DNA of 64,000 nt from Kudoa neothunni (GCA_964304625.1 OZ199838.1:15552929-15616928); one strand, 5' to 3'; counted from the first letter of the stretch, positions 24,033 to 39,428 are shown. The notes: generated from the sequence alone by a model not told the origin. Numbers and translations: made by a program.

Positions 24033-27000
24033 ATTAATCACGTAAAATGTGTTTGTTAGACATATACAAATATTTGTATTTGATAAATTATCAACAAACA
24101 ACACCACATCACTTTGTTCAATTTATGAATAAAAGGAAATAAAAAAACAAGAATAATTTATTTTCTTCATTTTACTTGATTTTACTTGATTTTATCCAAT
24201 TTTTCTTCTTTTTTGTTTTCTATATTGATTCATTCAAGGAAAACTAATAAAATCCAATGTTTAATGATCAGAACTATTTATGATCTTTTTACATATATTA
24301 TCATCTCTCGATGAAATATTTAAAAAAACGAATGAAATTATCTCATCATATGAATCCGATCGGGCAATTTGATAAGAAAGAATTTCGCAAAGGGTAAAGA
24401 TTTTGATACAGATGTCTAAGTTTATGATTGGATGAATTTGATGAGTTCAAATAATGTTGGATTAACGACCAGCGATATTATTTGATTCTCTAATTTCATT
24501 ACGTTCTCGAATAATAGAAAAACAATTAAAATATATGATTAGTTTAAGGGTTTCATGGCGAATCGACACTGTCAATAATGCAACAATTGACGAGTGGAAA
24601 ACTACGTTATGCAATATTATAAAATGTTATTCCCCCCAATATACATTTAATTTGGACGAAGCATTCTACTTTCAGTAGCAACTTGGTATTATTGTTAAAA
24701 TTTAGAACATAGTTACATGCACTAACTCTGTTTTTTCGTATTTATTTCTTTATTATCAATAAAAGTAAGCAAGAAAAATAAACATATGACAGCGAATTTT
24801 GGGTGCCTCTCATTACCCCTATAACTCGTTATTTTACAAAGTAACAAAAGCCTGAAATTTATATTTGGAAGAAATTGGTTTAATGACTAGAAAAATATAT
24901 TTTGTAAAAATTAATATTACTTCCATCGTATCTTTCGGAATTAAAATGGTTTTTGCGGTTTTCATAACAATTTTTTATCCATCATCTAATAGCTTCTATA
25001 GCTCTGTGGTGAAGCAAATGTTCCTTCTATTCATACACGGACTTTTGTTGAACATTTATAAAAGATTCCTGACATATACTAAACACCGAGTCCAAAAACA
25101 CGTGAAAATTAATCGAAAAGCCCGCGAAATTATCCGAAATATCTGGAGGTTCATAACTTAGACCGGTGTTTCCCTACACGGGATGCCCCCACCACCTAGG
25201 GGTGTGATGGCCACAATTAGGGATATAGGAGTGATTCCATATGTTAGAGTAAATTTATAAATATATCATAATCTCTTGCGTATTTTTTGTTAGTCCTCGT
25301 TCAAATCATGTATGGAGGTAATGTGCGTAATAATATTTTTGGGTATTTTGTTATCAGTATATTTCAATTCGAAAAATTCGATATGAAACTTATTTAATTT
25401 TAATAGTTTATTTTATATGATTTTGTGAATTATCGCAATAGAGGAATAGTTTGTATTAACCTATTCAGTATATATAATTTCAGATGGTATATTTTCTTGC
25501 AAAGTTGTAACTTTTTTATCTTATAATATCATAACATATTTATACATTTATGCTCTGAATAGGTTGTCAACATATTTCATTATTAGGAAATAGTCTATAA
25601 TTTTAGAAATAAAACGATGAAGGCGCGATTTTGATTTTATCCACTTTTAAAATTGTACATCCATCATTTAATTATATCGTACTTGTTGGTTTATATTTAA
25701 AGTTTTGAGGTCGACCTTGTAGCTTATCTTTGACATGAATGTTAGCTAATTTATCCCGATAAAAATTCTCTTTTAATTTTGGTACAATGAAGAACGAACC
25801 ATTCATTTATACACTTAAATAAGTTATTGCTAGGTTCACAGTTTATATATTAGTTTGTTTATTCAAATACGTTTAAAAACATATTTTGGGATTTGTTAAA
25901 TTTTTATTAATTTATTTCATTAAAATTAAATTTATAATCTAATTCAACGTAGAATAAGAATGTCGATACGTCTATTTAGCATAAGATAACAAATGAAATG
26001 CAGTTCTAGTCTTTATTATATACAATACAAAAACAGCATCTGAATTCATTGAACCCCTCACAACGATTTTCGTATATCACTGAGCAACAATGAGCCACAC
26101 TTTGAATTGCTTACCAAAAACCAACGGGAGCAAAAATTTCATCAGATAAAATAAATATTAATATATATTATCTGTGTAATTTATGAATAATTTGTTTTCC
26201 CTATAATTAAAGACGATAATTAAGATATTATAATATATATTTTTATGATTTCGTATCACTTTTTAAAGAAATTATTTCGACTAATGTTCTTGAGATGTTT
26301 TAAAAACATTTTTGAGTTCACATAAAAATAATGTTTATAGACAAGGTTAAGTAATAGCTGTAATCGTGGAGTTATGAGACAGGTAAAGATAATATTTTAT
26401 CTTCCTAAATGGTGCGTAATAAATTGGATTGATTAAATAAGTTTTTATTTAAATTTATACATTTTTTAAATAATTATAAAAGTTCATAATTTAGAATACT
26501 AAATAAAATCATAAATGGTATAATATAGAGTCTTTTTTCATTGAGATTATCTTTACGCATATATAGAAAAAATATACTTCGGGTGAAAAGTCAAACCTTG
26601 ACTTTCAACTGAAAAAGGGGTGCAAAATGAGCGTTAAGGTTAGCTAGGGGATACGTATGTAAAATATGTAGGGAAGCACTAGTCTATTTGAACCAAATAA
26701 AATGTTGCTTACAATATTCTAAAAATCTAATTGTTAACCCCTGGGGATTTTTGACCAACTACGAGTTCTACTGTAATGTATAAAAAATTTGTTAATTTAA
26801 GGAAATTATGGCATTCGTGCAATTTTTTATTGATTTCCTGCGTACATATAAATTTTGATAAAATCTAAATCTTAGATCCACTGCAGGATTATAATAAAAA
26901 AGTTAGTAGATTCTTACATCTCAAAGAAGCATGATCTCGTTTCGTAACGTTAAATAAATTTTTTAATTTAATTATATCAGCTTTCTGTAGTGTATTGCAT

Positions 27001-27447
27001 GTTCATAATTATTTCATAATTTTTATTATTAATGTTTTTTATATATTTTTAATAACTAAGGTATTTAAAAACTAAACATCTCTCTATATATTGAAGTATT
27101 GTAGTTAATAATCGACGTTAAATAGCACATCATAGCGTAAAAATTGTTTTCTACATAATTTTAAAAATACTCTAAGTTTTAAGAAAGACTTATTCAATTA
27201 AGAATAACATTTACTACCGATAGAAAGGTATAAATTAACATTAATAAACTTTTTGTGCCTAATTATTAAATTTAAAAGAAATTACAACAAGAAACCAAAA
27301 TATATATAAAAATATTGTACTTTATCTTTAACACAAAATATATACTATGTATCTAATATATACACACAACATGAATTATTTATAAATTAATACATTAGTC
27401 TAATTTGTTCTTCTACACGCTCAAAATGCAATTTTTAATTGAGTTAA

Positions 27448-28689
27448 CCTTCCGAGCGTCTCTGGGGTCAATATGATCACAAGCGACATTCAGTAGTATT
27501 TGAAACCAAATTATAAGTCAAATTTATACTTAAAACTTTGGTTATTTTCCTAAAATCTCTCGTTCTTCCTAAATTACAAGTTCTGAATGTTATGTAGAAA
27601 TAAATAAGCTTTACACAAAAATACTTACACTCTCCCTCTTTTGGGGTCAATATGACCCCAGTCCTTTTTTTCAAAAAAGCTATTTTATACATTTCTATAC
27701 TGTAGATTAAATATTTTTAAACAATTGCAATAATTGGAAACAAAATTTCGTTAAATGAACACAGAAGAAAACGCCAAATTAAATACACGATTTATTGTGA
27801 GATGATATTACTGAGGTCAGTGAAATTTATGACGAAATTCAAACATTTAATTCTACATCTGGATCGGATTTTTATGACGATGAAATTGCTGAAATTTGCT
27901 ACGTTGATAAATATGGAGATAAACCATCGATTGAAAAGTCTAGAATAGCGGAAACCAAAAGTTATACTTCATTATAATCAATACAAGGGTGGTATTGACA
28001 CAGACGGTCGGATTTTATCTATAACTAATTTCAAAAATACACTAATCGATGACCAATAGCTATTCTCTAAAATATCATTGACATTAGCTTAACACATTTC
28101 AAGTTTACAAGAATATTTTCTCAGATTCAAATTTTTAGAACAGTTAGCTGATAGTCTAGTTAAAAATTATATTCGCATTTACATAAAATAAGTTGAACAA
28201 AACGTTGCGACTACTGTGCCTCGTTCTAGTAAAAAAAGATGTTATCTGTTTGACTATGCTCTAGAAAAAAAAATAAAACCATCCAAAACTTACCTGCTCA
28301 AAATTCTCCAAATAAATCAATTATTAAGTTTCAAAAAATAGATTAAACTCTTTGTTTTTCATTCTAGATGATTGATTTTTTAACTCTTAAAAATATATCA
28401 TGTTATAATTTTATCAAGTATTTTAAACTTCATAAGTAGGGATGGTGGTACGACTTAAAATAGGCGAATAATTATATATATTCACAATCTATTGATTTCG
28501 GCATTATTCGTACAATCTCGCCGACACTATTTTTAGACATTACTCCAAAATTAATGATTAGATTTAAGTTTAATCCCCATAAAACGCCATAAAATAATTT
28601 ATTATATCATTATAGGAAAAAAAATATCTGGGTTCATATTGACCTCAAAAGAAGGTGAGTGTATTCTCGATTTTGTGGCGCTTGGAAGG
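27448..28689 (+). mobile_element. Internally deleted piggyBac element
   Basis: TTAA|CCTTCCGAGCG ... CGCTTGGAAGG|TTAA. A subterminal inverted repeat at 27626-27660 pairs with 28629-28663. Remnant KPKVILHYNQYKGGIDT near 27955-28000. Confidence 0.85.
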
Positions 28690-29054
28690 TTAATTCAATG
28701 CGATTATTTTTTCGATAAATTCAATTTATAATTTGAAAATTTAATTATTTGGAATTATAATAATTGTGAAAAGTGAAAATAATTCTATTTCTTCAGACTG
28801 AAACAAAAAAATTTTCATAAATTGTTTAAACAGATTAATTTTGTATTTTCCCCATAATCTGACAAAAACCACGAAAATGATGTAATTTTTTCAACTTTTT
28901 TCAATAAATAAAATACAATATATCTTCATTAATTGAATTATGAAACTCTCTCTTTTATTGTTATTTGAAGTGACGAATGTTCGTTATAAAGAATAAATAG
29001 TTTGCATAATCGTCATATCGATTATTAAAGTAATTTATTTTTTCTTTCGATATC

Positions 29055-29090
<36 letters not shown>

Positions 29091-29387
29091 TGATAAAATC
29101 GTAATAATATATTAGATGTCGATTAATTTAGATATATTGCAAAGAATAAATAAAAATTATCGAGCCACTCTCTACTCCTTACATAATAGCTGAAACTTAT
29201 TTATAACATGCAGAGTTCATCGACATTGACTTTTTAATAAATTTAGTCAATAAGAGATTATTTTATATTGTGAAAAATGTTTTTCCCCAAAAAAGAAACC
29301 AAGAATAACACTTTATATTTTATCGGGGTTTCTCGTCACTCCTCGTACAATTAGCCAACACTGCGCAAGTTAGCCATATTACCTACA

Positions 29388-30154
29388 ATGGACGATGAAA
29401 TGGATACATATCAGTTTGACGGTCCAGCCACTCAAGAATCTGACGTTATTTTCAAGCGAAAAACTTAATTTAAAATTAAATTTTAGAGTTTCTTAAGTTT
29501 TAGCAGCCGTCTCAACGAAATAGAAGCTGAGTCGGACAAATTAAAAACTCTGAAGGAATCATGCAAGGAGGCAGTAAATGAGACCAGCTCTTCAATGGAA
29601 TTTTCCGATGCTACGGCTCTTAAAGCATCTCAAACTGCGGACATTGATTGTCGTTCTATCTACGTAGGCAACGTAATTGGTGTCAAATTGATTGGTGGTT
29701 GTAATGTGTTATTTGTGAAATAGGTCGACTACTCATCCACAGCAAATGAGATAGAACAGCATTTTTCTATTTTTGGTAAAGTGAATCGAGTCACAATTCA
29801 ATGTGATAAATATACTCGGAAGCCTAAAGGGTTGTTTTTAATATATAATAATCACCTATAAATAATTTAAATTCTATTGATAGTTTCTGCTACGTTGAAT
29901 TTGCCCAAATGGAATCGGTTGAAAGTGCATTAAGTTTGGCGGACACATTGTTTAAGGGTCGTCTCCTAAAAGTGCTTCCTAAACGAACCAATATTCCTGG
30001 AATAAGTTCGACTGATCGTAGTTCGAGAGGTCGATACAGAGGTAGAGTACATCGTGGTAGAGGAAGATTCGTTAGGTGGGTTTTTCTCCCATAACTTTTC
30101 TATTAAAAATTCATTTTATTTAGATATCATCGACATCGTCGCGGTCCTTATTGA
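29388..30154 (+). CDS. PABPN1: Nuclear poly(A)-binding protein (spliced, 4 short introns)
   Basis: DIDCRSIYVGN/VDYSSTANEIEQHF...VNRVTIQCDKYTRKPKG/FCYVEF...LKVLPKRTNIPGISSTDR, with an RG-rich tail ending PY*. Confidence 0.95.
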
Positions 30155-30473
30155 GATATATATATTGTAAATTTTAAAACACTGCATGTGTTATTCTATT
30201 ACAAAAAAATAGAAATATTTGTCTATGAAAACCTCGTTTTTTGCCAATGCTAATAAATTTATCTAACTAATAAGTTAAAATAACAAATTCAACAAGTTTT
30301 TGATTACATCCCCGTATAAATAAACGATTTCACAATTGACTAGCCATCGTTGAAATCATTGTTATCTCATGTTCGTTGAATTTTCTAAGACAATCTGTCT
30401 CTAATTTGTTTGTCACGACTGAGAAATTAGAGAGAATTGGTGTGGTGATAAGCGATAACGCATTTTTGTTGGG

Positions 30474-33400
30474 ATGGCGTTGAGTTTGAGTTTGCTGGGC
30501 AAATCGATACGTCATATAAAACTGTTAATGAAAACGCACTCTTTTAACTTGGTGTGTGTAGTGAATTTTGTGTGTGTGTGTTATGGAACACCGTTGGAAT
30601 ATTTGAATATGAACACAAGAGAGTTCTACCTTGTGACAATAGGGGAAGGGCTTGTTTTTGTTTACATGCTATTTTATTTGACATTTATGCCTTCATTGAA
30701 GCGATCTTCGATTCTCTATTATTACAATTCTTTGGTTTTTATTAGTGTATTTGTGGGACTTCTCACTAAAGTACTAAATGTAGAGTTGTGTAGATTTTTA
30801 ATACAGTGTAATTAGATTTTAATTATCAACGATGTGATCCCCAGTCAAACATGGTATTATTCGATTTGGGCGTTACCTAGAGTTTTTGTTTGGATAAATA
30901 TAATTGATAACAAAAAATTTGTCTTTGATTCATATATATTAAACAGTTATTTGCTGAAACAGTTTGCATCGATATGCATGTTTATTGTTTGTGTTGGTGT
31001 GGTTTTGGTGTTGGTAGCATCGGTGAGTTTATTCAAATCGGACGGTGTGTGTTATCGAAAATCTTCTCCAATCAAATCGAACCTGGTTTCAAACACAACC
31101 AACATCTCCTCTGACATATTCCTGCCAAAAAATCCTCATATGTTTTCATCCAGCCTGGGAGTTGAACAACACTGCAACTGGAGACTAAATGAAGTACAGT
31201 GTCCTAAAGAGTTCTATTGTAGAATGTGTTCTATGGATGAAACCCCAACCGATGAATGTCTGTTGGATTCGAACATATTTCTACAGATGTACAGTATCTA
31301 CACTCAATCTTCGTTTAGGATTATTTGGGAAGTGTCTGTGAGTGTGAATGGAGTGTGGTTCACAACCATATATTGTTTAATTGTGACCTATCTGTACACC
31401 TGGATGGCAAGCAATATAGTGATAGGTACAATAATAGATCTTTTGCCGAATGTTATTGAGAAAAGAGAATTTCAACCAATTAACATCAAATTTATTATGA
31501 AACTTTATACAGGTAATAAATATATAATTTTACTATTAACTAAATCATTTATTGACGAAAGATCAAATAAAAACGACCAATAATAGTTTATACTCATCGT
31601 GGATGTTTTGGATAAGAAAATGGATTTCAAAAATATATATAAAATCAAAGTTGAGGAATTTTCTATGTGTAATATTCTATATTTTTGACTTTTACATCAT
31701 TATACAGGTAGATTTATGTGTATTAAAATTTAATTAATGTTTTTATTAAGATGAGGTGTCATGTTAAATTCTCTATTATACTTTCTGCAGTATTGATAAT
31801 TGACCATTTGGTAGAATTAATCGCGTCGGCTAAAAGGAATAAAAAATTTTGGCTTTGTTTTATCTCTAACATTTTACTCAATGTTGGATGTGTGAGTTGT
31901 GCTCTTCTAGTTCAAACAACATCGACAGATTGGTCGATTTTGTATGGAATTCGATTTTTTACCATTATCAACTATTTGCCGATATTGAGTCGCCATTTTT
32001 TCAACTGTGTTAAAGATATGGGCAGTTTTATCACATACTTGTCAATACAGTTATGCTTTACCATGGTTTTGGCGGCCTTTTCTATGATTATATTGAGTGG
32101 GAATTCTGTTAATAACTATCAAAAATTTCATTATTTGTTGAAAAAACTTGCGATATTTTTATTTGATGTGAGTTTTGCATTATTTATATTTGTTCTGTAT
32201 ACATTTTTAGGGTGAAATAAGCCATTTTTTCATTGGCAAAAGTGTTCATGATAATCCGCCATCTACTGCATTGATATCCTATTATATTGTGGTGCACTCT
32301 TTGATAACTTGTTATGTGCTAAATATTATTATATCTTTCATGTTGGCGAATCTTGAGAGTCGTGCTGAAGACTCTGAGTCTGGATCAGTGACTACTTTTT
32401 CAAAAATTTCTTTTTCTCAATTATTTCCTCAATATTACAACCTAGCTGATACCAAAATTAAAGCAGATCTTAGTAAAAGACCTAACCGATCGATAATTCC
32501 GCTAAGATTGAGAATTTATAGGTTCTTTTTAATATCTAAATTGAATTGATGTACTCTAATAAACTCGTTTCTTTTTTTGTAGTTTTTTTAATGATTTGGT
32601 TCGAAAGTTACATCGTCAAACAATAACAATAAACCAACTGTTTGTTCCTAAGATGTGTATGTATTTTAATGACATATTGTCCAAATCATCAAAAATCATA
32701 ATAAATAACGCCATTTTAATAAATTTTGATCAGAATTCGAATTTACAAGTAGATGTACTTTATCATTATTATTTATTATTCATATTAATTATTGTTTTTA
32801 TTTTTATTGAGTGAATTATCATTTAGAATTCAAGTTGCAATGTGAAAGCTAAAAGAGTGGATGCTTTGTTTGAATTTTCTAATTTTAAATCAATTAATAA
32901 ATCTTTAAAACCACAAAAAATAAGGGTAATGATTCTCAATGATTAATGTTTGTGTAATTTATATACATTATTAGAGTACTATGCACTCAAATTTGGTTTG
33001 CTACAAAAAATTAATGAGGGAATTTTTCCAAAAATACCCTTTTGTTAACAGAAGTTTATTTGTGTTTGACGGCTGCAACAGATTCCGATATTATTGTGAG
33101 AGAATACTCGAACTGCGGTTCTCCAAAATTCCCTTCTCGAAAAATAAGGTAGTTTTTTAAATTAGGTGTATAAATTGGTTAATAATTTTTATTAAGCAAT
33201 CTAAAATAGTTCCTTTCTTTACTGTTCAAAATATAATGTATCAACTTTCTATTGATCCCATAGTTAATTTGGTAATGTCTGTCATTACCTTGCTATCTTG
33301 TTGCTCAATTCTCACCGAAAAAACAGACTCTATAAGCATGGAAAATCCTCTGAGCTTTATTCTTGAGTTGATGTTTGTTAGTTTCGTTGGAATTGTTTTG

Positions 33401-35814
33401 ATCCTTAAAGTATATTTGTATTTTTATTATTTTTTATAATGAATAAGATTATTTAGTTTATTACTCATGGGATGATATTCACCATCGATGGATGTTTAAC
33501 TAAATTTTCCGACGTTTTTATTATTTTTCAATGGTTGATATCCTTACTGCATATTATGAACGTAAAAGTCCTTCAAGAAATTCAGTATTTCAAAAACGTT
33601 TTCATGAGTAATTAAAAATTGCATAGGTATATAGATTTGGAAATCTATCCCGGGAAGTTTCATCTTGTTATTATGAGGAGTAACTTTGGTTATCTGGTGG
33701 AGGTTTTGCGAAGTTTAAGACCTTTGGTTATGCTTGCCTCCTCCAAACCGCTGTCTAAAGTTATCAAACGTTTTTTGAAATCGTGGAAAGCTTATTTGGG
33801 GAGTTTTGCATTCACTCTGCTTATTATAATGTCGTTTTCTTATTACGGATTGTTGGCTTACGGTAACTTGATCATTTGTAACAACCCACAAACATCCAGA
33901 AACTCTCACTGTGAAGGAATTCAAAATATAACTGTCGACACAAACACATACTCTAGTGATTTAAAAGCTATGATAACTAATTGGATGACAAGTAATCAAA
34001 TTTATTTTAGATATAAAGGAATGGAATTTACCTTCATTTTACGTGCCAAAAGCGACCGTATCATTTAAATACCTAAATTTCGAAACGTACCTTGAATCAG
34101 TTATCACCTCCACTATTATACTTACTATGGAATCTTGGTCAAAATTGGAAACGCTGTTATCTTTACTAAAAGGAGAACAATCCATATTTTCTCCTTTGAT
34201 GCTATATTTGGTTGTATGTCAGTTTCTTGGATTGCCTTTGCTTGGAGCTGTCGTGGTAAGTGAATACAACAAAGCTTCGTATCATCGCTTGCAATCCAAC
34301 AACGCCCAACTATGGGACCAAATATCCAATCAAATCCGACTAGCCACCCCCAAGAAAAATATTGCCAGGTAAAATCACGTAAAACTATCTATTAGATTGA
34401 GACCTTTTTATTCATACAGACTTGAACAAACAAATCCCATAAGAATTTATTGTTATATTTTCTATAAATCTGTTTACTATCGAATATTCTTAACAATGAT
34501 GTACGGATTTAATATTTTATGCTATCTTCCTGGTTTTAACAAGCTGTATGATCAGAATAAACATGCCAAATCTGTACTCTACATAGTAATAAGAAATATA
34601 CATGGATTTTTGAGAAATTTTTATTTTTTAGATATTGCATGGTTTTATCGCTTGGAAATGGATTGATTGTATTGTGGCGATTGTTGTGGATGGCTACTAT
34701 GAATGTTTCAGGAAAGCCCTGAAAATTATTCAATTTATCGTGGCCTCAATTGGAGTGGTTGATGTTGTAATATATCGATACACAAAACAACCCGAATTTA
34801 TCAAAGGGATAATACTGGTATCTGCTTTTCATTTTGTGTGTGTTCTTCTGCAGTGGAAATCCATTCGTAGCATTAGCAAAACAATATTGGTGAGTGTTCT
34901 AGTTAGTTTTAAGGAGTTTGTCGTTTTGATGACCATCAACATGAGTTATTTGGCTGTCGGTGTGAAATTGTTCGGTACAACACGTTTCACACATATCACA
35001 AACAATTTGATCAATTTCCAAACTGCCTACAACGGAATTTCAGTGCTCTTTCTGACAATGGCCAATCAAGACTGGTCTGAACTTATGAGAGGGTTTATGG
35101 TTTCCTATCCACAATGCAGTGAGTTCACAATATCTGTCAATTCGGCATCCTTTCATTATTCTGAGTGTTCCAATAATACAATTGTTATGATCTATTTTGT
35201 TAGTTATTACGTATCCAACTATTAATATATTATTTCTTTAATTAATCCACTTTAAGATTGTAACAAATATTATTTTGGTCAACCTGTTAATTGGAATTAC
35301 CCTGTCCAAACTATCCTTGCCATTAATATTCAACAGAAACCAATCCAAACAGTTCAATTTCAGCTATTACGATATTCGGATACTCAAAAATATTTGGTCT
35401 AACTTACAGCCTAGGGGTTCTCATTATATTATGTTGAGTAAAGCCAACCTTATGGTCAACATTTACATGTTGTGGAAAACTAACAACAATTGGTCAAATA
35501 TTATCCATAGCAATGTAATTCTAATAACAATTTATAGAATTTAATTAATAGCTCAGATAATTAAATTAAAACTAAAGAAATTATCAATTTTGACGAGAGA
35601 CAGTCGTTTGGAAAATTCAAAAAGAATTGTGAGTTTCCACCACGTCCTGCACACCATAGCGAGTTATATGGTTGCGAACGTTGCAGATAACTCGTTTCAA
35701 AATGAAATATCTCGTCATTCGAAGAATGAATATTTCGATCTAAAAAGATTGGTTTGTTCTCAAGTGTTAACTGACTGGTTTAGAAAACTGAGATATTCTA
35801 CTAATGATTTATAA
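30474..35814 (+). CDS. NALCN: Highly divergent four-repeat NALCN-like cation leak channel (multi-exon)
   Basis: CVVNFVCVCYGTP, ANLESRAED, IPLRLRIY, LRSLRPL...LSKVIKRF, NFQTAYNGISVLFLTMANQDW...MVSYPQC, SYYDIRILKNIWS and VSFHHVL align in order with NALCN landmarks (VCMNTP, DNLELDED, LPLRLRIF, LRCLRPL, GEDW..MVQPPFC, SYNDLRHFQIIW, VTFHDVL). Confidence 0.8.
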
Positions 35815-36738
35815 TATTTTAATTTAGTTATATCATATATGTTTATTAATTTAATATTTAAATATGTTTCTATTTATAGTATTTTAGATAAAAAAATGTC
35901 TCCAAAAATTTTATGCACAGCTATTCTTGTAAATTAAATGGTGTATTTTTTAAGATTCATTGATTGCTATTTTCAAAGGTTTATTCAATATTTAATATGG
36001 AATATGCAATGTTATTTTTAAGTAATAGATGAAGGCATGCCATTTGATCGCGATTCTAGTTTTTTTTAAATATCGAATGATTACATAAGCAATATCAAGC
36101 TAATTTGACGTAAAATGCTTTAAAATTAGTTTATTACCGCATGTTTGAACTATATTTGAATTGATTCAACTCTAATATTATTACAAAGCTATTCTATCGG
36201 AAATTATTGTAACAATAATTAATAATTTAATTTATCGATTATAAATAAGTTATAATTTAATCTTAATTAATTAATTAATTAATTAATTAATGTTGAATTC
36301 TACTGTTAAGCATATATTTACTATCGGGGATTGTGCTACACGGCACGAGCCCGGGTTTTCCGAACCGTCTATAAAAATTAACAAAAGATTTTCCATCACT
36401 CAAAGGTCACAGGATGGAGAACGTTGGGTTAGCATTAAAAAAATCCTATCCCACAAATAATTTACTTTATACATTTAACTTTAACTCTTAGATACTTCTC
36501 ATCAAATATTAGGTTTTTTTAATACAAATTTACTGCTAAATTCTCATAAGCATGATATACGAATTTAATGAATAATTGTGTTATAATTTGGACGAATAAC
36601 AACTAAAAGATTCATCTAAATATTGAATATTTATTTTAAATTATTTAAGCGTATCATTAAAAACTACCAGTTTGATTCTAAGATAATTCTGTATTCGTCT
36701 TAAAGTTGGATCAATCGAGCCGTGCGCAGAGGTTATTG

Positions 36739-37734
36739 ATGTCAAAAACAAGTTTCGACTATCAGTACGGTTTATATGATGACCAAACTTTGGATAGTAT
36801 TGAAAACATCCAACAAAATTGTGTAAATCGTACGAAGAGAAAAAAAGTAGCATGCCCGACCTGTAGAGGAAAAGGGAACATATCTCAATGTACATATTAT
36901 GGAGTGTACATTTAAACGTTGTAATACTGTCTTACGAATAGTCCAATACGAATCCGGAATGGAATTTGTACCAATATCTGACCGAAGGTTATATTCACAA
37001 CAGATGTGATTTTTAATAAAATATTTAACTGAATTTCTCTCCGTGTATTATTATATATTATATAATGTTTCGTATTTAAGTGTTACAAAAATAATTGTTG
37101 CTTCCTTGTTCTTTCTACTTCTTTTTGTTCTGGTTATATATTTCTGTGTACCGAGAACATTAGATGTGGAAAATATTACTCTTGTAAATGTTTTGGCGGC
37201 TAAAAATGTAAAAAATGGCAAACATGTTTATTTCGACTTTGAGGTATTTTACCTAGATTTTACATTTTAGAGTTTTCTTATAATTTTAGTTGAGTTTGAA
37301 TGTTAGAAATAGAAACTTTTACGCCATCAAAGTAGAATGCATGAACATAACAATTATTTATAACGAATCATTTGATGCATTTAATCGAGTTTACAAAAGC
37401 AAATATATATCACCGAGAGGCGGTGATACCATCACTGAAAATAATCTTATTTTCCATCCCTCAAATAAATCAGTTGAACGTTTCGAGTAGCTCATTATTA
37501 TTGTTGTTGTTGTTGTTGTTGTTGTTGATTTGGATTTTTGATTGTATTTTAGAGAATATTGCCGCCATTCACCAAAAGCGTCTATTGTTTTTGATTATAA
37601 GTACTTCAATTTCTGTGATTATTTTACAAAAAAGGTGATTTAGGATTTCTCTTGTTTACAGCAACAAATTCCAAGAATTTTCAACTTTTAACGATGGATT
37701 TTCTTATGTCAACTGCTATTATGCTATCAGTTGA
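36739..37734 (+). CDS. TMEM106B: TMEM106-family type II membrane protein (spliced)
   Basis: CPTCRGKGNI, FVPISDRRL, a TM segment followed by PRTL, and LNVRNRNFYAIKV. Confidence 0.85.
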
Positions 37735-38799
37735 ACAACGCTTTTCAATTGATCTGATCTTTTTTATCATTTTTTACTACACATATGAAAAACCACGAAT
37801 CTAATATATTGGTGTTATTAGCGCGATAAATCTTTCCATAAAATTTGTCTCGTATAATCTCTATTTTATCAACGCTCTAAAAATAATACGATAAATAGAA
37901 TTTAAATTTTATGTCTTAATGGGCAAAATTTATATAAATGAAAGGTCGCAACCCGTATAAAGTAACAAATGTTCGTCTTATTTTGAATGTCATTCAAAGC
38001 TACAGTTTTGCGGGATTATTATGCACTGTTTGGGGATAATGACTTGAGTGTGCAACAAACCTGTACTACTCATAGGCCTTTTAAAAAAACGAGGGTGATT
38101 ATGTGTTAAAGTGAGCATTATTAAGGATTTCATGGTTCCAACGTTTTTTGGTTGTTACTAATTTTTACAAATATTTTGATAGATAATACATCTCAGTAAA
38201 TAGCAAATTGATTATATTAGTTTAAAACGCTTGAAACATTTAACCCCACAAAAATATTGTAGTAGATTATAAAATATGACGTGATATTTCATTGTATATT
38301 CAACAACCAAGTAATAACTGTTTATTGTTAGGTTTTACACCATTTTTATATTGTCGAGATAATTAAAAAAATGCTTTTGTCTAATTGAAATTTATATTTG
38401 ATTTTAATTAAATAATTTTCTCCAGATTTGTCTGAAATGTAAGTATTCATTGTTTCAAAGAGAAATATTTTGCTGTTCGAGTCTAAATTTAATGTGCATC
38501 TGCGGAAGTGGAAAATTTTTTCCTCACCATCAATAATTGGCTCTTCCGGTCATATCAGTTTCTGCCCCTGTTCTAGAAGAAGGTCCGCTCGATTAAATTG
38601 TGTGAACGTCATCGAAAGAGAAACTTTTATAATCTATCATATGACAACCAAAAAATATTTATCCTATATTTAATTTTTATTGTTATTATTATATTTTATA
38701 AACACAAATTGTCCATATTTTTTCATAAATATGACAAAAATATTTAATTTCATTATTTCGCATGAAAAAAAATTATTCCGAGTTCAAATGCATTCCTAG

Positions 38800-38834
38800 A
38801 ACGGGATATGGTCGAAGTCCGAGGTTCCACTGTA
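38800..38834. mobile_element. Solo pogo/Tigger-type terminal inverted repeat
   Basis: Reverse complement reads TA|CAGTGGAACCTCG; partner end not found. Confidence 0.4.
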
Positions 38835-39395
38835 TTGTTATATTTTTCCTACATAACGATATACGTCTGTACCTAATTTATTTTGAATTTCCAACATTAT
38901 TTTCAAAAATGCGCTCTAACCTTTGTTGAATCAATTTCGAGATCCCCCACTTAATACCACCATGTGCAATTAATACAGAATATTATAGTTTATAATTCAA
39001 ACAATTTTTTTCTTTATTAATTCTTATCAGTCAGTGTGTTAGCAAATTAATCGTGAAACACTGCATTTGCTTTAGTGGTAACTAGATGAAAACTTTTGAT
39101 TAATCTCGATGATTTCACGCATATTTCGTAATAAAAAATTCCCCAAACCTCTCAATAAGGGTCCTTTGTCCACTACATTCAAATTTGATACTTTCATGTA
39201 AACTAATACAGTCATTAAAAAATAATAAAACTAGGACATATACAAAATATACGAAATATTCGTTACCTTTTACAAATAATTTTAAACATGATTATTTATT
39301 ATTATTGAAATTACACAAATATTTTGTTTATTCATTATTTTAATATCCATTACATATGGAAACAAATTTTTTATTATTTAATATGCACCCCACCG

Positions 39396-39428
<33 letters not shown>

